Program-made: the position numbers and the translations under genes | Shown: positions 26,686-40,453 of the stretch, piece after piece | Position numbering within the stretch: position 1 is the stretch's first letter | Layout of the letters: the number at the start of each line of letters is the position of its first letter | DNA from: Octopus sinensis | Taxonomy: Eukaryota | Length of the DNA stretch: 64,000 nt | Reading direction: 5' to 3' | NCBI RefSeq assembly: GCF_006345805.1 | Contig: NC_043001.1 | Span: forward strand, 61,566,001-61,630,000 | Notes under the pieces: model-generated | What the model was told of the DNA's origin: nothing | Seen by the model: only the letters and a program-made list of their open reading frames with translations | The model's database searches: none

Positions 26686-26763
26686 TATATATATATATAT
26701 ATATATATATACATACATATATATAATATGTGTGTGTTGTATATATATGTACATATATGTATA

Positions 26764-26828
<65 letters not shown>
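26686..26828. repeat. (TA)n-rich microsatellite at the right end of the array
   Basis: Direct reading; a similar tract lies at ~17240-17320. Confidence 0.95.
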
Positions 26829-27429
26829 CAATTTGATTTTCCAAAAATATGTTTGTGGGTTCTCTCTCACTTCGTGGCATCCTAAACAAATCTTTCCTCC
26901 TAAAGCTTCGAACTGACCATCACCTTTTGAATGAACCTGTGGCACACGAAAACTGGAAGAAGCTTATCACATACATACGTATATTGAGGGTAGGTTTGTC
27001 TGTATGCGTGTGTGTTTCCTTGTCTTGTTACAGGGATACAAGCGATGTCCCTTGTTTCCCACTCTCTGTGAAAATATATTCGGCTACGGTGAAATAACAC
27101 TTTACTTTGAAAGGCCGAAATATACACAACTTATTGTCTGATGTGCTCATGCCTTAAGGTCGTGCAGGGCGTAGGGGAAGGGGATCATATAATCTATAAT
27201 GCTTAAGTTATAGAGTTTAAAATCTTAATAACTACTTATCGCATAAAAAATTATTCTATACACATTTACGAATATTTTCTTGATTGATTGCACCGAAATA
27301 ATGTAAGTGGTTTAATAATTCTGAAACCTACATTTTACGTCTCCACTCTCCAAAACAACCTTTTCACTAATACCTTGGCTTGGCTAAAATATTAAACTCT
27401 ATGTTTAGCAGAGCCGGAAATTACCGTGC

Positions 27430-28570
27430 ACGTCCCCATTGTCAGCATCCTTTCTCGGCAGTGTTACCATATTCCAGCTGACAGCACTGGGAATTCTCCC
27501 ATTCCGCAGCCAGTTTCTGTATACATCTGCCAAGAAGCTGCCAAACAAATCTGGCATGAAAACTTAGAATTCGTAGGATAGACCACCTCAACCGTGGTCC
27601 TTAGCTCTGACAACACACCCTTCGTATTTCGCCCAAAAGAAATGGTCAAGGGCCATTCTTGCCGCTAACACGTAAGTTGCGATGCCTTTACTAATAGCAT
27701 CTTCTATTCTGCTAACTAATTCTACCTCTAAGCTGTTTTATTCTATTGCTAAATCTTTGCTAAACGCCATCGATTCTACTTTAGTCACTCTCTTCAAAGC
27801 GATCCATCACCGATTGTTGACGATAACTACAGTCAACTGCCACTTAACTAGTTCACTAATCCGGTCCCTGAAGTCTTTGCGAGACGGTAAGGACGCATTC
27901 AGCTTCCAGTAACCGGGTCCCTGTCTACGTGTCCTACTTAAATCAACTGAACATATTATAACTTTGTGATCTATGTAGCCGACCAATTTAAACTGTGAAC
28001 AACAAATACTCTATCTAAATACAATCTGGATGACTCGCTGTGGTTGCTTCATGTCCACACTTGCACATCATGGAAATCTAGCCGGTACCTGTCAAAAAGC
28101 TGGAAATTCCTGAGCAGGTTTTCGAGGCTTTTACACCCACTTCTATGTACTAAGCACAAACAGTCCTTCTGTGTGTCCAAAATACTATTCCAGTCCCCCA
28201 CTAGTGCTAAAGTGTTAGACGTTCCCAAGAATGTTTCTAGACACCTGAACAAATCTGGCCTTCCAGCCCCTATTGGAGCATAAACCGCCACCTTCCGGGT
28301 GCAGGAAGATAGCCCGTACTTGGAGATCTAAGGGTTTCTGCAGTGTCATTGCTACATCGCTACCCCTCTCCCCATACACCACAAGATGAAAATACTTCAT
28401 ACTCCTCGAAAATGAATGTTAGAGTGTGTTTTCCGGAGATCCTTGTTTTACTAGTGGCAGCCACATCCAAATCAAGTGACCTGAAATCATTCAGCTTCGA
28501 AGTTGATCCCAGGCCACGCACATTCACACACCCCATTCTCAACACGGTCATACTTGTCTGAGAACAAAAA
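27430..28570 (-). mobile_element. Degenerate Tx1 APE and linker remnant
   Basis: MGCVNVRGLGS..ATSKT, LVGDWNSILD, GPGYWKLNAS; many stops and frameshifts. Confidence 0.8.
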
Positions 28571-28899
28571 TGAGGAGGTTACTCACTTTGAATTTCGAGA
28601 AACCCGAATGTTCTGGGCCTCTCTACTGGCGAAAATTTTTTAAAAGGCTCTTCCAACATCCTTTTATGAAATGATTTTATGGAAATCCCTAAACTACACG
28701 GATATTGTTCTGTTTTATAAACGCCTGGTGACATTTTAATTGAAAGTTTGCTCTTGGGGGTTTTGAAGATGAAATCCTTAAATTCTTTTCCCTCTGTCTC
28801 TATTTCGTTTTTTGTTTTGTCTTACAAATTCTATCAAATTTGCCTAGATGTCCTAGAATAATATTTGCCTAGATGTCCTAAACAAATCTGTCGCGAATA

Positions 28900-30217
28900 C
28901 ATAGACTTCATAGCGCACACCATCTAAACATGGTGATTTGCGACTTGTGCAATCACTCATCGCCTCTCGTGTTTCAGTGGCTGCTGAGAGCCGCGCAAGC
29001 CTTCTAGTTACGAACTAAAGTCCACTACCGTCGTTGACCCCTCCAAACAGTTGTGTGAAGTGCTGCTGAAAAGCCGCTCACATCTGCTCAGAACCACGTA
29101 GCGCACGCTTGTCCCGATCCGTCAAAAACCCGATCATCGTTTCGTTGCCACATCGCGTCTCCACCATTCGAGCCCATCGGACAGCTTTAGTTCCCTCACG
29201 CATTAGCGCACGTGTCTTAGCTCTGACAACGCACCCTACGTGTTTTGCCTGAAACAAATAGTTAAGAGCTATTCTCGCCGCTAACACTTCAGTCAAGATT
29301 CCTTACTAATTGCCTCTTCTACTTTGCTAACTAGTTCTCCCTCTAATCTCTTTCTTTCAATAGCTAATTCTTTGCTAAATTCCATTGATTCCACTCTAAT
29401 CATGATTTTCAGGGATATCTACCACCGGTTGTTAACGATTGCCTACTTCAACCGCCGCTTAACTAGTTCACTCATCCGGTCCCTGTAGTCTTTGCGTTCC
29501 GAAAAGGACGCATTCAACTTCAAGTAACTGGGTCCCTGCCTACGCGTCTTATCTAAATCGACTGTACAGATCACAAATCTGTGGAGCCGACCAATTTGAA
29601 TTGTGGTCACCATATACTATATTTACCTGCTGACCTAACAAATACTCTATCTAGATACGATCTGGATAACCCATTGTGATTGCTCCATGTTCACACTGGC
29701 ACATCAGGAAAATCCAGTCGATACCTGTCAGAAAGCTGGATGTTTCTGAGCAGGTTTTGAGGCATTTTCACCTCGTTCTCCTATGTACTAAACATACACA
29801 GTCCTTCTGCGAATCCAAAATACTATTCCTTGGTATTCATTAAGCTTCCTCTCTTTTCGAAATACACATTTATAAACAATTCTTCGTCTTTCTTAGGGTT
29901 TTTCTCCTCCTCACTAAGGCACATGACCCCTGGTTTCATAATGTCGCTCTTGTATTTCAATGCGTAATTTTTTTCAGTCATCCACTGAAAAAATAGTCCA
30001 ATTCCTAACGGCTTTAGAAAATGAAGTAGCTTTGTTGAGATTCGTTGTGACATTATTGCTGCTGTTGTAGTTGGTGGTGGTGTCGTCGTCGTTGTTGTTC
30101 TTGTTGTTTTCCACACAGCTATCACTGTTATCATTTTCAGTCTTGTTGTTCGTGCTACTTTTCTTGTTTTCTATCTTATTCATCTTGCTGCTGGCGTTGT
30201 TGTTGATACAGTTGCTG

Positions 30218-30254
<37 letters not shown>

Positions 30255-30350
30255 GGCGGATGCGGCGGTGCTGCTGCTTCCGCTGTAGTCGCCGTCATTA
30301 TTCTTGCTGCCAGTACTTTCGCGCTTGTTACTGTCGTCCTAGATACAAGA
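28900..30350 (-). mobile_element. Degenerate Tx1 remnant: ORF1 N-terminal part joined directly to APE C-terminus and linker (internal deletion)
   Basis: 29078-29296 has LAARIALNYLFQAKHVGCVVRAK, homologous to the copy A/B linker. APE motifs lie at 29500-29830 and a low-complexity ORF1-like segment at 29823-30350. Confidence 0.65.
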
Positions 30351-30689
30351 GGAAATAATATTTCACTTTAGCGAGAAATTTACTTCACCTTCAGGCGAGT
30401 TTGTTTTCGGAGTTTCAACAAAACGCTGCTCTTAGTTGATTGATATTATATTTTCCAACGCTGACATTTTATTCAATTGGAAAAATTAATAGAATCCAGT
30501 CTTCATAAAAAATGCAAAAATTTAAAACAAGAAAAAGGGGGCGCAAATACACAAAATAGTACCACCACGATCCAGACAATGTAAACAAAATACTTGTTAA
30601 ATAAAATTCTAAATAAGCGGGCTGCAACCAGCGAAAATGCTTACAAACTACGGAGATTAAACATGTATGAGTTCGCAAGCTGACAGCAT

Positions 30690-30865
30690 CATTATTATTA
30701 TTTTTTTTTTTTCTTCTATGAATTTTGGTAGGCCATTAAACTAAACTCAATAGTTGGTTCATTTTTTTTAAAGTTAAATTAAAATACATGGGTAGTAATA
30801 ATTCTCACATCGACAATGCTCTTCTCAATACGTGTGATGTACCAGTTAAGACAATCTTTTGCACT
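30690..30865 (-). mobile_element. Extremely 5'-truncated Dong/R4 3' end
   Basis: Minus strand encodes EVQKIVLTGTSHVLRRALSM*, matching the C-terminus of the 14395 ORF (EVQKIVLTGTAHVLRRALSL). It is flanked by (GAA)n/(TAA)n. Confidence 0.75.
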
Positions 30866-30906
30866 TCTTCTTCTTCTTCTTCTTATTATTATTATTATTA
30901 TTATTA

Positions 30907-30987
<81 letters not shown>

Positions 30988-31129
30988 TTTCTTTTATTTC
31001 CCACCAGGGCGAGGATGAGTGGGACAATGCATAGGCAGACATAATGTGTGGGGTTTTCATATGATGTAATGACAAAAAAAAGGTATACACGGTATACATT
31101 AGAAAGGAAGTATACATAGTATACGACAC

Positions 31130-32590
31130 TTGAAAGAGAGCGGAATAAAAATTGATAGTGATGGGGTCACCTTGATACAGGAGGACCTCTAGGGATAATC
31201 AACAAACCCCACCATCCAATATTAGCCTGACTACCAAGGACGAGAACCTCTCCAACTCATTTCTTCCGACTCATAGGTCTACATTGAGAGTGGTACCATC
31301 TACTCTTGCCATTTTCACAACTTTCACCCACCATTTCATAACTTCACACGAGGACAGCACCTCCCTCTCCACCCTCACTTTCCTTTTCAAGTGAAACTTG
31401 AAAAAGTCCATGGGGGCTTTACCAAAGAGGAATGCTTCTGTCCTCATTCATTTCAGCCTCGTTCACCAGACAACTTATTTCGCTGCAGCCACCAGACAAA
31501 TGAAAACTACCTTGCCTGCTCAGTTAAATGGGGAAGGCAATCACCATTATGGACTCGACTGACAGACGGTTTTGTCCTACATGCGACAGCATCTGTTCGA
31601 CATAAGTCCACAAGTCAGTAATTACTGGACACTGAACGAGTGCATGCAGAACAGTTTCCTCGCTCTGCGAGCACCTTGGTGGACTATCCTGTTTTACAAC
31701 ACATCCGTGCCTGTAGAGAATATCTCGAACCGGTGGCACCCCCCGGTAGCACTGTCAGGCCAAAGATTCTGGAAATTAGTAGTCCCCGATCCGAAAGTTC
31801 TCGGGAATAGACTTGCCAGTTCGTCTTCGTCCACGCCTAGTGTCTCTCCGTAGACATCGTCGCACCTCTCCGCTACTAATCCTCTGTCTATAGCTGAAGT
31901 GGAACATCCGCCGATCCTACTGCCCGACTTGTAGAGGACAGTGAGAGGCTGTCGTCATTCTAAGTACCAGGCGCTCAGTTTCTGCCTAGCCTTTACTCAG
32001 GACTGCAGCTTCGTCAAGGAGACGAACTGCGGAAAGGTGTGTCTCACATACGGAGCCTACACACGTTCACCTTCTAGAAATCGTTGCAGGTGGCGCAATT
32101 TGAGTGCGTATCTGTGCATTACAAGCCATAGCATGCCTAAGCCGCCACGCAGAGGGAGTCGGCAGTAGACCGACCGCCTGATCATTGTAACTCGTTCATC
32201 CCACAAGAAAATAAGCAGGATAAGCTTATCAAGGAACGTAGGTCAGACGATAAATAATGAGAGAAGCGATGTAGACGATCGCCACCTCTGCTCGACCTTT
32301 TAGGGCCAACTTCCTCTCTGCCCATTTCTAGGCAAGAATGTACACCCTGTTCGTCACCTTTTCCCAATTCTTATCCACCTGGAGGTCGGGACCAAACCAG
32401 ATCCCGAGCAGTTTAACTGGTCCGTTAATCCAGCGTCCGACGGTATCGATCTACCCCTCAAGGTGCCTAGTTGGAACCCCACCGGCTTGTCGGCGTTGAT
32501 TTTGAACCCTGCAACCAACTCATATTCCTTTACAATAGAGCCGACAGTCCCAACTTCGTCCGCGTTTCAGACACTGCCCTCTCGAGTCCA
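31130..32590 (-). mobile_element. Degenerate Tx1 3' part (end of RT, zf-RVT, 3' UTR)
   Basis: 31524-31739 has PVRDILYRHG..RCSQSEETVLHALVQCP, homologous to 5308-5829. Confidence 0.8.
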
Positions 32591-32789
32591 ATCTCAAAAG
32601 TAAAAATGTTTCAAATACTTACAAAAACCACAGAAGTCACTCATTTTCTATTACCCACCTAGAAATGGATTATTTCTAGGAAGAGGACCAAAAATTTATC
32701 ACTCAGTAGGGTCCATGTTTTAAGTGAAGCTTTCGAGAAAAGCCCAAAAAGTAATCAGGAGTCTAATGAGAGTAAGACTCCGAAAACCA

Positions 32790-33278
32790 CTTGCCCAAAA
32801 AAATCCATCATAAATTTATCTAAACTAAAATTTTCACCCGATGATGTCTCTGTCTTGGAGTTTGGATTGAGTTTCTGCCCAAGCACTAAGAATTACGACA
32901 AGAATAAACTAGGTCAACGGATATTTCAGTCTATCCGTCGTCACAAGTTGAAGTAATATTTTCTTGAAAAATCTGGTAACGAGGAGTCAGAAAACCCTAT
33001 GCTTACTGACAATAAAAATGATGTTGCTCGAATCAGGCATAATTGGATTGAAAAGAATCCCAATTGGTATCCAGATACAGTTTGGGATGGACGTTCACAA
33101 TCACCACAGGAATTTCTTGAATTTTATCAGACAGGCATTAGGGAAAGCCTAAGACAAGAGGAAAGAGAAGTCCTGGAATAACCTCACAAATTCCCAACGG
33201 TTCGCAGTCCAACGTCTAGTTAATAACGATTTTAATGTTATAAAAATGGCGGTAAGGGAGGTGCTATTTTAATCATGG
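32790..33278 (+). mobile_element. Penelope-like element N-terminal fragment
   Basis: IINLSKLKFSPDDVSVLEFGLSFCPS, then NNLTNSQRFAVQRLVNN..VIK..KGGAI. These are typical pre-RT motifs of Penelope-like ORFs, and the ORF at 53-54.8 kb has IKEADKGNAVVIM. Confidence 0.7.
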
Positions 33279-33279
33279 G

Positions 33280-34069
33280 AGTGGGTGTGCGTGTTGATGT
33301 AGGAGATTTGTGCACTCGTTGATAATTTTGTGGATGTAGTGTTGTTTGTAGTGCTGGCAGCAGCGGGAGTTTACTTTTTTCTTGTTTCATGGCAGAAAGT
33401 GAGTTAGAGATCCACATATGTGACATCTTCGATTTCTACACTGACATGAGAGTACCATCCGGGACATCGAGTAGCTCGGGCAGCTGGTCTATATGGTCCT
33501 CCTTAGATTGTAAAGTCAGTTCATTAGTTTTACCAGAGCTCTTTTGCTTAGGTATTTACTTGACTTCCAATATTTTCACTTAGACTTCTTCTAGATCTGC
33601 CAGGACGGCCGCCACTAATCATGTGATGCTTATTTCTGGCGGCACATTCAATACCCTAATCTTGGCTTGACGTTGGCTGCGATAGTTGGGGACTAAGAAG
33701 TTGTCATTCCTCAAAGTGGTCGCAGATTGACACCCGGCTTCTTCTTACGTCTCAAATATCACCTGAATAGTTCCAAACTTCTCTCCTCGGATGATGTTCC
33801 TACACACTCCCAAGACACTTCTGTATTTCGCGATCAGGAGCATTTTCCACCTGCCGCGACTTGACTCCGATACAGCGGTATGTTACCGTGCATCTAAAGA
33901 TGTTCTCTATCACGTTGGATACAGGGTTTAAAGTTACCCTTCTACCATTTCTTTTTACAATTTTCCTTGCCACTTTTAAATCTTCATCTATGCGGAAATT
34001 TTCTATATTTCTTGTCATGAACGCAAAAGACGCGGACACGATATTCGCGTTTATGTTTCATTTCTTTCG

Positions 34070-34118
<49 letters not shown>

Positions 34119-34450
34119 GCTGCTGCTGCTCCTGCGCTGCTCCTGCTGCTGCTCCTGCTGCTGCTCCTGCTGCTGCTCCTGCTGCTGCTCCTGCTGCTGC
34201 TCCTGCTGCTGCTCCTGCTGCTGCTGTTGTTGCTGCTGTTGCTGCCGCTGTTGTTATTGCTACTGCTTCTGCTGCTGCTCTCGTTGTCCACACCGAAAGT
34301 TTTGACGTTGCTTGGAGATGTAACTTTATTCGCCTCAGTGACGTCATTAAGTTTAGACCATTCGATATTCTTGTTCTTACTTTCTTTTTCTCCGATGAGG
34401 ATTGCGTTCCTTTGTCGAACGCGTAGCTCCTTCGTCAGCCTTCTTTAAAT
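33280..34450 (-). mobile_element. Tx1 ORF1 remnant with (GCA)/(CAA) low-complexity repeats
   Basis: FLVPNYRSQRQAKIRVLNVPPEI resembles copy B ORF1 (IVPYYKNQRVSRITIKNVPPEI). Confidence 0.7.
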
Positions 34451-34536
34451 AATTAGAGAAAATTGCAAAATTTGCTTTTGCCGAAAGTAATTAAAATTCA
34501 AAAATTATTGATGCGCACACACTGTAAATCAGGGTG

Positions 34537-34615
34537 TGAGATTGTCTGACTGTGTAGATAGAAATATTGTGTAAAAATTACACAATATTTCTATCTACAC
34601 AGTCAGACAATCTCA
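34537..34615. repeat. Perfect inverted repeat, 38-bp arms and 3-nt spacer
   Basis: TGAGATTGTCTGACTGTGTAGATAGAAATATTGTGTAA-AAA-reverse complement. Confidence 0.95.
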
Positions 34616-34730
34616 GAATTGCAATGGTAATAATAAAATGAAAACACGGGACCTCAGAAGTCCGAAAAGACTACAAACATTTTTTCAACTTACGGAGCTC
34701 CTAATTTCCGTGACTTTACAGTATGGCGAC

Positions 34731-36942
<2,212 letters not shown>

Positions 36943-37623
36943 GAGTTGGGAAGACACTCGGCAAGAAATGGAAGAAAATTTGAAAGAAGAAAAAAAAAAG
37001 TAATAATAATAATAATAATAATGATAATAACAACAACAACAACAACAACAACAATATTAATAATCTGATGCAGTATTAAGGAGGAATATCAATCATGACT
37101 TCTGATTGGAAATAATTGGAATTGTAATCATGTATATGCGTTGACTTTTTATAAAAGCTGGGCTACAGCGAATATTCTGCTTAGTACCAGGGATTTGCAT
37201 GCCCGTTGCCTGACCTTAAATAGTTAAGCATTGTCCCTTAGTGGCTGGCAATATGTGCATCTCTGATCACATCCAGGAGTTGTGCGGGAGCATTATAGCT
37301 ATGTGTTGGTAGAAATGCTTTGTAGTTTGAATAATTCACCTCTGGAAACATGTGTTTTGTTCAACATCATTAAACAACCTTTTGTACGAGATGGATTACT
37401 CGACCTGAAGAAAATTCTATCTGGGCCCCACCTACAAAGTCATGTACTGTTTATCTTGAAATAAAATCACCATGTCGCACACTTATGGTTCTGATGCACG
37501 TGCCTGGTGTACTTTTATCAAACGAGTAGTCATGATGTGTATATTGGGCTTCGTATATTTATACCCTAGTAACACTTTGATGGCATATATTGCTCTCTCA
37601 CTTACTACTACTACTACTACTAC

Positions 37624-37700
<77 letters not shown>

Positions 37701-37704
<4 letters not shown>

Positions 37705-40297
37705 GGAGTATCAAAATAACAAACTCGGCATCTGAACAACTTTGGACCCCCAAAACAACTGAAGAGGTCACCCAGGCACTGCAAAGACTAAGCAACTGGA
37801 TGGCACCTGGGCATGACAAGATCCCCAACTTCTGGTTGAAATATCTAACAGGAATGCACAAAAAGCTGGCTGAAAACTTTAACAACATACTAGCAGAGCC
37901 AGAGACAAAGCCTGAATGGCTCACGAAGGGGAAAACCATCTTTATTCTCAAATCAAATGAGACAGCAAAACCAGAAAACTACAGACCTATAATCTGTCTC
38001 GCTACAATGTACAAAGCATTTACTTCAGTGATATCGCAAAGGTTGAACAAGCACCTGGACGAAAACAAACTATTCCCAGAAGAGCAGAAAGGATGCCGCA
38101 AAGGCTCATATGGCTGTAAAGATCAACTAATGATTAATAAAGCCATAACTGAAGATAGCCACAGAAACAAGAAAGGCCTCAGTATGGCCTGGATTGACTA
38201 CAAAAAGGCGTTTGATAGCATCCCCCACACATGGTTCCTCGAAACACTAGCCATTAACAAAGTAGCACCAACAATCATAAAATTCATAGGGCACTCTATG
38301 AATAAATGGCAAACAGTGCTACACCTCCAAACAAAAGGGGGACTCATGAAAACCAAAGACATCCCCATTAGAAGAGGAATATTCCAGGGAGACACGCTCG
38401 CTCCACTCCTTTTCTGCTTGGCACTGTCACCTCTATCTGATATACTAAATAGAACTGGATGCGGATATAAATGTTACGGCAAAACGATCAGCCACCTTTT
38501 ATATATGGATGACCTAAAACTATACGCTACAAATGACAAACAGCTGGAAACGCTATTAAAGACAGTTCATGGATTTACCAAAGAAATAGATATGAAATTT
38601 GGATTAGAAAAATGCGCCAAAGTAACCCTGAAAAGAGGAAAACTAGCTAAGAGTAGCAACATCACACTAGATAAAACCAATGAAATAAAAGAAGTAGACC
38701 AAGCCAAACTTACAAATACTTAGGAATTCATGACTAGATAAGACACAACACACACAAATGAAAGAGAAAATAAAAAAAGAATATTATAGACGAGTTAGAT
38801 CAATTCTAAAAACAGAGCTCAATGCTAAAAACAAGATGATAGGTATTAACACATTAGCTGTCCCAGTTATAAGTTACTGCTACAATATCCTTAACTGGAC
38901 ACGAAATGAACTGACCAAAATAGATAGGAAAACAGGAAAAATAATGACAGGATCTAGGATGCATCACCCAAAATCTGACATAGAAAGACTATATATCCAA
39001 CGTATAGAAGGTGGTACAGGCCTTATACAACTGGAAAACTACTATAAAATAACCACCATAGGACTGCAAAAATATCTACTTCCGAAGGAAGGAAAACTGA
39101 TACAAATAGCGGCAAAACACGAGCAAAACAAAAAACTGTTCTCAGTATTTAAGGAAGCTGACAAATACAAACAAGAAATCATACCACCTAATAAATATGA
39201 AGAAGAAGAAGAAGAAGAAGAAGAAGAGAGAAGAGAAGAAGAAGAAGAAAGAAGAAGAAGAAGAAGAAGAAGAAGAAAAGAGAAGAAGAAGAAGAAGAAG
39301 AAGAAGAGAAGAAGAAGAAGAAGAAGAAGAAGAAGAAGAAGAAACAAAAGCTATAAAACAAATGAAATCCAAACTAAAAATAGAACAGCAACGAACCATG
39401 ATAAAACGATGGCAAGAAAAGCTCCTTCATGGTAAATACTGGACTAAACTAAATGCAAAAGAAATAGACAAAGAAAAATCCCAGCAATGGTTGAGAAGCT
39501 CAGGACTCAAAGCAGAAACAGAGGGATTCTTAATTGCAGCACAAGACCAAAGCCTCCCCACCAGAAATTACCAAAAACATGTAATGAAAAGAAATATAAC
39601 ATGTAATGAAAAAAATATAACAAGTAACTGCAGAATATGTGGAGATGGACAAGAAACAATAAATCATATTATGTCTAGCTGCCCAGTCCTGGCTAAGAAG
39701 CAATATATTCACAGACATGACAGAGTTGGAACCTACATACACTGGAAGCTATGCCAACATTATGGAATAACAACAGAAAAAAGATGGTATAGGCACACAC
39801 CAGAAAAGGTCACAGAAAACGAGAAAGCAACCATACTCTGGGATATGCCGATACACACAGATAGAGAAATTAAGGCCAACAGGTCAGATATCGTTGTCAG
39901 AGATCATGAAGAAAAAAAATGCTTTCTAATTGATGTATCAATACCGGCAGATCACAACGTGTCACTAAAAGAAATGGAGAAACTCTCAAAATACAAAGAC
40001 CTGGAAATAGAGGTAACCAGAATGTGGAATATAAAAACAGAAACAATTCCTATCATAGTAGGTGCATTAGGCATGATAAAAAAATATTCAGACAAATACA
40101 TAACAAAAACACCAGGACTTACAAACACATATAACATATAGAAAATTGCACTACTAGGCACTGCACACATCCTGCGCAGAACACTTTCCATACAATAACC
40201 ATCAGAGCATCACAACAAATCACAGCACATACCCAAGGCACACAGAGAGCTGCGCTCGGTAGTGAAGTGAAAGCACGCTATAAAAATAAAACTACTG
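37701..40297 (+). mobile_element. Dong/R4-clade RLE LINE, sister copy, 5'-truncated at the start of RT, embedded in (AAT)n
   Basis: RT 37701-38723 (APGHDKIPNFWLK, NYRPIICL, YMDDLKLY), then 38758-39435 and 39197-40141. It has essentially the same 3' UTR ending ACTACTG-(AAT)n as the 34.8 kb copy. Confidence 0.95.
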
Positions 40298-40344
40298 AAT
40301 AATAATAATAATAATAATAATATAATAATAATAATAATAATAAT

Positions 40345-40453
<109 letters not shown>

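Larger units (their letters stand above)
17321..26690. repeat. Tandem array of ~507-bp hammerhead-containing units: ~1.5 inverted units (17321-18082) plus ~16.9 direct units (18118-26690)
   Basis: The CTGATGATGGCTG anchor recurs at 18373, 18888, 19394, 19898, 20402, 20909, 21415, 21919, 22424, 22930, 23436, 23943, 24448, 24955, 25462, 25969 and 26473, mostly 504-507 apart. At 20402 and 25969 it reads GTGATGA. Units are nearly identical and the array is flanked by (TA)n. Confidence 0.97.

Noticed and set aside
17321-26690. CRISPR-like or coding interpretation of the array
   Set aside because: Units are near-identical over their whole length with no unique spacers, and there are no cas genes.
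26517-26945. ORF ending [20 protein letters not shown], antisense to the unit
   Set aside because: Only about 43 aa from its internal Met and no recognisable motif. The track ORF is long only because it reads through (TA)n.
37080-37480. Probable dispersed repeat between the two Dong copies
   Set aside because: No second copy in the window and no diagnostic motif, so I left it unannotated.
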